This document shows, in pieces, positions 58,114 to 64,000 of a stretch of DNA of 64,000 nucleotides. The notes under the pieces are model-generated. The model worked only from the letters and a program-made list of their open reading frames with translations, was not told where the DNA came from and made no database searches. Within the stretch, counting starts at the first letter, position 1. Each line of letters begins with the position of its first letter. The stretch spans positions 19,043 to 83,042 of the forward strand of contig DDYN01000041.1 in assembly GCA_002347965.1 (NCBI GenBank), given 5' to 3'. Origin of the DNA: Nitrospirae bacterium UBA2233 (GTDB lineage Bacteria; UBA2233). The position numbers and the translations under genes were made by a program.

Positions 58114-59883
58114 ATGCCCAAAAGGCTCAAAGTTCTCCTAATCGACCCCGCCAACCCGGGCCATTACTTCAAACCCTCCAGAATCGACACAAAAATCCTT
58201 TGGTTCAGCAGGCTCACCTTGGCCATGGTTGCAGCCCTCACCCCGCCCGAGTTCGATGTGGCCATCACGGACGAGAACGTGGATACGCTAGACCTCAACG
58301 TGGACGCGGACCTCATCGGCCTTACGGCCATGACCCAGCATGCCCCCAGGGCCTATAGGCTAGCCGAACACTTCAGGGCAAGGGGCATTCCCGTCGTCAT
58401 GGGGGGGGTGCACGCGACGATGATACCCGAAGAGGCTAAACGGCACGTGGATGCGGTGGTCATCGGAGAGGCGGAGGGCGTATGGGATAAACTCCTTAGG
58501 GATTTCGCCCAGGGTTCGCTCAAGCCGTTTTACAGGGCTGAAAAACGCCCGGAACTCGCCGGCCTTCCCCACCCAAGGCGCGACCTTTTGAACAGCAAGG
58601 CCTACACTACCGTCAACTGTCTCGAGACGACCAGGGGATGCCCGTTCGATTGCGAGTTTTGCTCGGTTACGGCCTTTGCGGGCGGTACCTTCCGCATGCG
58701 CCCCGTCAAGGAGGTCATCGAAGAGATCGAGGCCATGAACGTCAAGGCCGTCGTGTTCATAGACGACAACATCGCGGGCAACCCGCGTTACGCCAAAGAG
58801 CTGTTCGAGGCCCTCATCCCATTGAAGATCCGCTGGGGGGGCCAGGCCTCGACGACAATCGCCCGCAACAAAGAGCTGCTCGAACTGGCCCGCAAAAGCG
58901 GGTGCTTTTCTTTATTCTTCGGCATTGAATCCATCTCCCAGGATACGCTCAAATCCATCAACAAGTCGTTCAACAGGGCCTCTTCCTACGAAGAAGAGTT
59001 CAAGAGGATCCACGATACTGGACTCCGCATGATCGGCAGCTTCATCTTCGGTTTCGACCACGACGACGAGGGCGTGTTCGAAAGGACGGTGAATTTCGTC
59101 AAGAAGAACCGAATCGACATCGCCTACTACAACATCCTCACGCCGCTGCCGGGCACGAAGCTCTTCAACAGGCTCAAGACCGAAGGCCGCCTCCTGCACC
59201 AAGACTGGGAGCACTACAACGGCTACGAGGTCGTCTACAGGCCCAAGATCTTAACTCCCGAAGCCCTCCAGCAGGGCTTTTACTGGGCCTACCGCCAAAC
59301 CTACAGCTACCCTTCCATAATAAGCCGAGTCGCCCTAAGGCCGGATGCCTTGAGCGCATTATGGGCCTACGTCGTCAACTGGGGATTTAGGCATGCATCC
59401 TACAAGGGCCCCAAGGGCCGCATCAGCCAGGTCGGCAAGCTCTTGGGGCAGCTCGAATCCGCGGTTCGAATTAAGGAGAAAGCCGGCCTTTTGCCCGTCT
59501 TGAGCCAAGAATTCCAGCTGCTCAAGTCAAGGGGCACAAAGGCGCTCGAAGAGGCGCGAGGCTACCTCCGCATCCATGCCTTTAGGGAGGAATCCTTAAG
59601 CACCCTCACCGTGCGCCTGTCCGGAGCGCTCGACACAAGGGCCATAAAGGCCCTGATGAGAAGGCTTGCGCGAATGGCCAGGCAATCGCAGGAAAAAATC
59701 GTCGTGGACCTCTCTGGGATCGCTTTTTGTTCGAAGAGGGCCCTTTACAGGCTTTCTATCCAAAAAGAGCGGCTCTCAAAATCCCTAGGAGACAGGCTTT
59801 CTTTCGAAAGCCTCAAAAGCTTGGCCGAAAACGTGGGCAAGGCCTCCTTCGGCGCTTACGACTCTACCCCGGAAGCCCCCTAG
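58114..59883 (+). CDS. B12-binding-domain radical SAM (class B) enzyme with C-terminal STAS-like domain
   Basis: N-terminal cobalamin-binding-like Rossmann region ('KVLLIDPAN...GIPVVMGGVHAT'), the radical SAM motif 'GCPFDCEFC', and a C-terminal block of about 90 aa 'LTVRLSGALDTRAIKALMRRLARMARQSQEKIVVDLSGIAFCSKRAL' resembling anti-sigma antagonist/STAS folds. Confidence 0.8.
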   Translation: MPKRLKVLLIDPANPGHYFKPSRIDTKILWFSRLTLAMVAALTPPEFDVAITDENVDTLDLNVDADLIGLTAMTQHAPRAYRLAEHFRARGIPVVMGGVHATMIPEEAKRHVDAVVIGEAEGVWDKLLRDFAQGSLKPFYRAEKRPELAGLPHPRRDLLNSKAYTTVNCLETTRGCPFDCEFCSVTAFAGGTFRMRPVKEVIEEIEAMNVKAVVFIDDNIAGNPRYAKELFEALIPLKIRWGGQASTTIARNKELLELARKSGCFSLFFGIESISQDTLKSINKSFNRASSYEEEFKRIHDTGLRMIGSFIFGFDHDDEGVFERTVNFVKKNRIDIAYYNILTPLPGTKLFNRLKTEGRLLHQDWEHYNGYEVVYRPKILTPEALQQGFYWAYRQTYSYPSIISRVALRPDALSALWAYVVNWGFRHASYKGPKGRISQVGKLLGQLESAVRIKEKAGLLPVLSQEFQLLKSRGTKALEEARGYLRIHAFREESLSTLTVRLSGALDTRAIKALMRRLARMARQSQEKIVVDLSGIAFCSKRALYRLSIQKERLSKSLGDRLSFESLKSLAENVGKASFGAYDSTPEAP

Positions 59884-59912
59884 ACTCTAGGGCGGGCCCC
59901 GTTATCGAGCCC

Positions 59913-60992
59913 TTATGCCTTAAGGAACCCTTCTAGACCCGCGGCAAGCGCCCCTAGCGCATCCGGCCCTTTGATCGCCACGCGAAAGAAGCGCTCGTCC
60001 AACCCCCAAAGCCGGGTACGAGCCCGGACTCCTTCGGCTCTGAGCGCCGCCTCGAGAGCATCTAGCCTCCCTTGAACTGCCGGGATATCCAAAAGTAGGT
60101 AATTTGCGCTGCCGGGGGTTACAAAGACCCCTTCGATGGCTCCTAGCACGCCCTGGTAGAGCCCTCGCATCCATTCCGTGAACATCCTCACCCGAAAGGG
60201 ATAATCGAAGTCTTCTAGCGCGGCCAGCGCGGCCTCGATCGCGATAGCGTTCATCGGCCAGGGGGCCATGACAGCCTTTAACTCGCGAACAACCCGTGCG
60301 CTACCCAAAAGCGCGCCCACCCGAAGACCGGGTACGGCGTAGAACTTCGTGAACGATCGGAGGATGACCAGGTTTGAAAACCGCCCCAAAAGCCCCGTTA
60401 CGCTAGCCTCCGGGCAAAAATCCACGAACGCCTCGTCTACGACAACCCAAGGGGGCAAGGCCGACGCCGCCACGGCCTCCAAGAAACGCTCGAGCCCTTC
60501 TACGTCCACAAGCACGCCCGTAGGGTTGTTGGGGTGAGTAAGCACCACGCATTCCACGCCGCTCGCAGCCCCTAGGAGCCTTTGAAAATCAAGCGCAAAC
60601 CCCTGCTCGGCAAGGAGCGGAAAGGCCAAGGGGGGCTCTTTGCCGAAGCGTTCCGCCACGTATGGGTACTCGCCGAAGTTTGGCGAGACGACGAGCGTTT
60701 TTTTGGGCGCAAGGAAGGCAAACAGCCGATATATTAAATCTGCCGAGCCAGGGCCGACGACAACGCACTCCGAGGGGACGCCGTATGCGCCCGCAAGCGC
60801 TCGTGCAAGCCGGCCCGGGTAAGGGCTCGGATACCTAGCGACCAAACCCCTTGCGCACTCCAAAACGCGCAGCACGTCGGCAGGGGGGCCAAGCGGGCCG
60901 GTGTTCTCGCTCAAATCGAAACGAACGCCCTCGCCCTCGCCTCCGTCCCCGCCGTGCAGCGGCCTTCCTTCCCAGTGTCCGTCTGGTTCCAT
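59913..60992 (-). CDS. cobD: Threonine-phosphate decarboxylase (class I/II aminotransferase fold) of cobalamin biosynthesis
   Basis: 'HGGD...FDLSENTGPLGPP', 'HPNNPTG', 'VVVDEAF' and 'LRSFTKFYAVPGLRVG'. Located next to cbiB/cobQ. Confidence 0.8.
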   Translation of the reverse strand: MEPDGHWEGRPLHGGDGGEGEGVRFDLSENTGPLGPPADVLRVLECARGLVARYPSPYPGRLARALAGAYGVPSECVVVGPGSADLIYRLFAFLAPKKTLVVSPNFGEYPYVAERFGKEPPLAFPLLAEQGFALDFQRLLGAASGVECVVLTHPNNPTGVLVDVEGLERFLEAVAASALPPWVVVDEAFVDFCPEASVTGLLGRFSNLVILRSFTKFYAVPGLRVGALLGSARVVRELKAVMAPWPMNAIAIEAALAALEDFDYPFRVRMFTEWMRGLYQGVLGAIEGVFVTPGSANYLLLDIPAVQGRLDALEAALRAEGVRARTRLWGLDERFFRVAIKGPDALGALAAGLEGFLKA

Positions 60993-61020
60993 GGAGCCTT
61001 TCCCCCGCGCTTGCCGGCCT

Positions 61021-61212
61021 TGCCTTTCCGCCGGGCCTAGAAAGGCTTGGGCTTCAGACGGGAATGCTGTACCCTAACCCCGATAGGCGGGACATTCTTG
61101 TCCCGCTACGTTCGGCCTTTGGCCTACCTTTCTTTCTTTCCGCCGGGCCTAGAAAGGCCCGGCTATCGGCCGGAAAGATAGGCGGGACATTCTTGTCCCG
61201 CTCTGCAGGGCC
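61021..61212. repeat. Second cluster of the composite palindromic repeat family, inserted between cobD and cbiB inside the cobalamin operon
   Basis: Hairpin A (GCGGGAC-attctt-GTCCCGC) at 61087-61106 and 61182-61201. Hairpin B (GCCGGGCC-tagaaa-GGCCCGGC) at 61142-61163, plus a truncated copy at 61030-61046. Linker 61046-61083 matches 52140-52179. Confidence 0.85.
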
Positions 61213-61220
61213 GCGGGCAA

Positions 61221-62180
61221 TTAAAACACCGCGCAGGCCAAGCTTAAAAACCCCATCCCCAAAAGGGCGGCCAGAAACCCGGCCACGATCCCGTCCAGCA
61301 CGTCTTTGGGCAGCGGCTCTCTTCCCTCGGCCCAAAACATCGCATGCGCCCCCGGCTTGCCAGGGTGGGCACGCTCCCCGCCAAGCCGCACCCCCAAAAG
61401 CCCCGCCATGGCCGCCTCCGGCCAGCCAGCGTTGGGGCTTTCGTGCTTGCTTGCATCGCGCAACGCCGCGGCCGTGGCCCGCTTGATAGAGCCCATCCCC
61501 ACGAGCCCCGTAAGGCCGATCAGCACGGCCGAAATCCTCGCTGGAACCCAGTTGAGCACGTCGTCCAGCCTGGCCGCAAACCAGCCGAACTCCCTGAAGG
61601 GGCCATGCTTGTAGCCCACCATCGAATCGAGCGTGTTCACTACCCTGTAGACCCAAGCCAGAACCGGCCCACCAACGGTCAAATACAGCATCGGGGCGAT
61701 GAAGGCGTCGCCCAAGTTCTCGGCGAGCGACTCGAGCGTCGCGCGCGCTATCCCTTGGGCATCGAGCCGTTGCGTATCCCTGCCTACAAGCGCCCTTAAG
61801 AGCCCCCTCGCCTCCTTCAGCTCGCCCCTCGAAAGCGCGCAAAGCACCCGATAGCCCTCGTCCAAAAGCCCCCTTAGGCAAACGCTCGCATACCCTGTCA
61901 GCACCCAGAGCACAACCTCGAGCGTCGGCGAGACCCATCCGGCCAACGCGAACAACCCCCACAAGGGCACGGCCGAAACGGCAAGCGTCAAAAGAACGAG
62001 CAAGATGCCCAAGCAATAGCGCGCCCAAGGCCCCTTCTCTATCCAGGGCGAAAACGCGCGCGTCTGGGACTCGATCAGCCAGCCCACGAAGGCTACCGGA
62101 TGAAAGCGGCCGAATACACGCTCTGCGGCAAGAAAATCCAGACCGAATACGGCCCAGGCGAAGGCGAGCGTTCCTATCAA
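61221..62180 (-). CDS. cbiB: Adenosylcobinamide-phosphate synthase
   Basis: 'HPVAFVGWLI', 'VVNTLDSMVGYK', 'FGWFAARLDDVLNWVPARI', 'SPNAGWPEAAMAGLLGVRLGG' and membrane topology typical of CbiB. Confidence 0.9.
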   Translation of the reverse strand: MIGTLAFAWAVFGLDFLAAERVFGRFHPVAFVGWLIESQTRAFSPWIEKGPWARYCLGILLVLLTLAVSAVPLWGLFALAGWVSPTLEVVLWVLTGYASVCLRGLLDEGYRVLCALSRGELKEARGLLRALVGRDTQRLDAQGIARATLESLAENLGDAFIAPMLYLTVGGPVLAWVYRVVNTLDSMVGYKHGPFREFGWFAARLDDVLNWVPARISAVLIGLTGLVGMGSIKRATAAALRDASKHESPNAGWPEAAMAGLLGVRLGGERAHPGKPGAHAMFWAEGREPLPKDVLDGIVAGFLAALLGMGFLSLACAVF

Positions 62181-62193
62181 GCCCAGCAGGCCC

Positions 62194-63729
62194 CTAGGAC
62201 ACCGGGCCCAAGAGGCTCTCTAGCTCGAGCCGCTCGGACAGTACACCCGAGAAGCGGTCGATCTCGGCAAGCAGCGTCGTCCGAAAGTCTACTCCGTCCA
62301 GCCTCCCTAAGCCGTCAAGCGGTACGCAGGGCGCCTTGATCAGCGAAAGCAGGTAATCCCGAAAGCCAGGAGTGTCGAAAAGCCCGTGTAGGAACGTCCC
62401 CATGACCCTGCCTTCGATGTCGAGCAGCCCCTCGGGCGCCCCGGACTCGAGCTCGAACCAGGCCCTTTCCGGGTTGATCCCCTCTATCCAACCCCTGTGG
62501 ATCTCGTAGCCCGTAATCGGCGGGCCGGGCCTGAGCCCGGGGCGTACGCCAACGACCTTCACGTCTTTTACGGCCTTGAGCCTCGTCTTCCCAAAACACG
62601 CCCGCAAGGGAAGAACGGCTAGCCCCTCTTCGAGGGGAGCTTCGAGCTCCAGCAGGCTCGCGTCCTCGATGTCCCCGCACAAAATCTCAAACCCCCCGCA
62701 GAGCCCGAATAGCCACCCCCCGCCCCTGTGGAACTCTAAAATGGCCTTGGCTAGCCCCGATTGCCGAAGAAACCGAAGCTCGCTGCCCACATGCTTCGTG
62801 CCCGGCAAGATGAGCAGGTCGAGCCCTTCGAGGTCGTTTGACCTCTCGACAAGCCGGACGCTGAACCGGCCGTCGTCTTTGAGCGGGGCAAAGTCCGTCA
62901 CGTTCGCGATCCGCCGGAACCTTACCACGCCAACCCGAAGCGCTCCGCCGTTTTCAGCCGCAGCGCCCTTCGAGTCGAGACCGTCCTGGATCGAAAGCGA
63001 ATCTTCCTGCATCATCCTCAAGCCTTCGAGATAGGGGAGGACGGCCAGCACTTTCCAGCGGCACATCTGCTCGACGCGTTCGATGCCGCCTTCTAGGAGC
63101 CTCTCCTCCCCCCGGAATTTGTTGATGATGACGCCCCTTATCCCCTTGCGCTCCTTGGGCGTGAGGAGCCTGTGCGTCCCGACGATCTGGGCGAACACCC
63201 CTCCCCGCTCGATGTCGGCCACGATGAGCGTCGCGGCCGGTTCACCCTTAAGGTAGGACAAAAACCTGTTGGCCAAGTCATGCCGCCTTAGGTTCACCTC
63301 TACGCACGACCCGGCGCCCTCGACGATGACGAGGTCGTTCCCCTCGCAAAGCCTGTAAAAGCTCTTCGCGACCTGCACCAAGAGCCTTCGCTTGAGCGCG
63401 TAGTAGCCCATCGTGTCGAAGCTTCCCCAGCTCCTACCCTGGACGATCAGCTCGCTCTTTTTGTCGCCCTCCGGCTTCAACAGCACGGGGTTCATGTGAA
63501 CGCTCGGCTCGAGCCCGCAGGCAAGCGCCTGGTAGACCTGCGCCGCAGCCATCTCCCCGCTCTCCTTCGACACCATCGCGTTCAGCGCCATGTTCTGCGC
63601 CTTGAACGGGGCCACCCGAAACCCGAGCCTGCTGAACGCACGACAAAGCCCGGCCACCAGGGCAGTTTTGCCCGCATGCGAAGAACACCCCCAGACGGCG
63701 AGCACCCTGGCCTTGGGCTTGAAGATCAC
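62194..63729 (-). CDS. cobQ: Cobyric acid synthase
   Basis: 'SSHAGKTALVAGLCR', 'PFKAQNMALNA', 'NPVLLKP', 'VVEGAGS..E.NL' and the C-terminal glutamine amidotransferase domain 'LILPGTK...GLCGGFEIL...HG'. Confidence 0.92.
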   Translation of the reverse strand: MIFKPKARVLAVWGCSSHAGKTALVAGLCRAFSRLGFRVAPFKAQNMALNAMVSKESGEMAAAQVYQALACGLEPSVHMNPVLLKPEGDKKSELIVQGRSWGSFDTMGYYALKRRLLVQVAKSFYRLCEGNDLVIVEGAGSCVEVNLRRHDLANRFLSYLKGEPAATLIVADIERGGVFAQIVGTHRLLTPKERKGIRGVIINKFRGEERLLEGGIERVEQMCRWKVLAVLPYLEGLRMMQEDSLSIQDGLDSKGAAAENGGALRVGVVRFRRIANVTDFAPLKDDGRFSVRLVERSNDLEGLDLLILPGTKHVGSELRFLRQSGLAKAILEFHRGGGWLFGLCGGFEILCGDIEDASLLELEAPLEEGLAVLPLRACFGKTRLKAVKDVKVVGVRPGLRPGPPITGYEIHRGWIEGINPERAWFELESGAPEGLLDIEGRVMGTFLHGLFDTPGFRDYLLSLIKAPCVPLDGLGRLDGVDFRTTLLAEIDRFSGVLSERLELESLLGPVS

Positions 63730-64000
63730 GGACTCTTCGCCTGCCTGTAGCCGTGGCCGAAGGCCGGGTCGTAGAGCCTCGAGCGGTAGAGGCTAGAGTC
63801 GTCCAGCCCGAACGCCTCCCCGATGAAAAGGAGCGCGTGCCGTGAGATTCCCTCGCGCGCGAGCGCTTCCTTCAGCCCCGCCACCGTGGTCCGAAGGGTC
63901 TTTTCGTCCTCGTAGCCGACGCGGTAAGCGACCACGGCCGGCACGGACCCGCCGAACGCCGTAACTAGCCGCTCGTGCATCGAGCTCACGAGCCCCGCGC
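63726..64000 (-). CDS. cobM: Precorrin-4/cobalt-precorrin-4 C11-methyltransferase, C-terminal part (5' end outside window)
   Basis: The frame is open to the window edge. The C-terminus 'VPAVVAYRVGYEDEKTLRTTVAGLKEALAREGISRHALLFIGEAF.....SRLYDPAFGHGYR' matches CbiF/CobM tails. 4-nt overlap with the cobQ start. Confidence 0.7.
   Translation of the reverse strand, partial: AGLVSSMHERLVTAFGGSVPAVVAYRVGYEDEKTLRTTVAGLKEALAREGISRHALLFIGEAFGLDDSSLYRSRLYDPAFGHGYRQAKSP

Noticed and set aside
60993-61220. A cobalamin riboswitch inside the cob operon gap.
   Set aside because: No B12-box (GCCACTG-like) or riboswitch core is visible on the minus strand. The sequence is fully accounted for by the repeat modules shared with the 52-kb locus.
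60851-61486. A 211-aa plus-strand ORF spanning the cobD start, the repeat cluster and the cbiB 3' end.
   Set aside because: It runs through palindromic repeats and is antisense to two well-supported cob genes. Its Pro/Arg/Ala-rich translation has no features.

Overview
GC-rich bacterial chromosomal window containing about 59 protein-coding genes and one tRNA. Genes are tightly packed and many neighbours overlap by 1-4 nt (ATGA/TAATG junctions), which suggests long operons. Most of the content is recognisable core metabolism and housekeeping:
- Envelope, membrane and nitrogen metabolism: PBP2 (5'-truncated at the window edge), PpiD-like chaperone, TerC, GdhA, PgpA, GatCAB.
- NAD and amino-acid metabolism: archaeal-type NAPRTase, MtnA, GlnE, IlvE, ComM/YifB.
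- Central metabolism and vitamins: Rho, citrate synthase, ThiC, tRNA-Ala(CGC), Pgk/Gap, acyl-CoA dehydrogenase, methylmalonyl-CoA epimerase.
- Export: a TolC + YbhGFSR-like ABC exporter operon.
- RNA and ribosome functions: the MtaB-RNase III-Era-Der operon.
- Cobalamin: the end of a biosynthesis operon (CbiF/CobM partial, CobQ, CbiB, CobD).

I found no transposase, integrase, phage genes, CRISPR array, cas genes or recognisable defence island.

The features the gene list does not explain are:
1. A previously unrecognised (to me) family of composite palindromic intergenic repeats, REP/BIME- or MITE-like, with core GATAGGCGGGAC-N6-GTCCCGC plus a second hairpin module. It occurs at four loci: about 29.8, 44.95, 51.96-52.2 and 61.0-61.2 kb.
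2. A cmoA gene translationally coupled to a membrane ICMT/PEMT-like methyltransferase and bioD, where cmoB would be expected.
3. A nine-gene operon joining a histidine kinase and two response regulators to a TrkA-TrkA-TrkH K+ uptake system, with extra small or exported proteins and a Mop/TOBE protein.
4. A class-B (B12-binding) radical SAM enzyme with a C-terminal STAS-like domain.
5. A pair of novel multihaem c-type cytochromes embedded among a stand-alone MetH-activation-domain protein, a GalT-like HIT enzyme and a metallophosphoesterase.

All functional calls come from reading the translated ORFs by eye for motifs and family resemblance. No database search was run.
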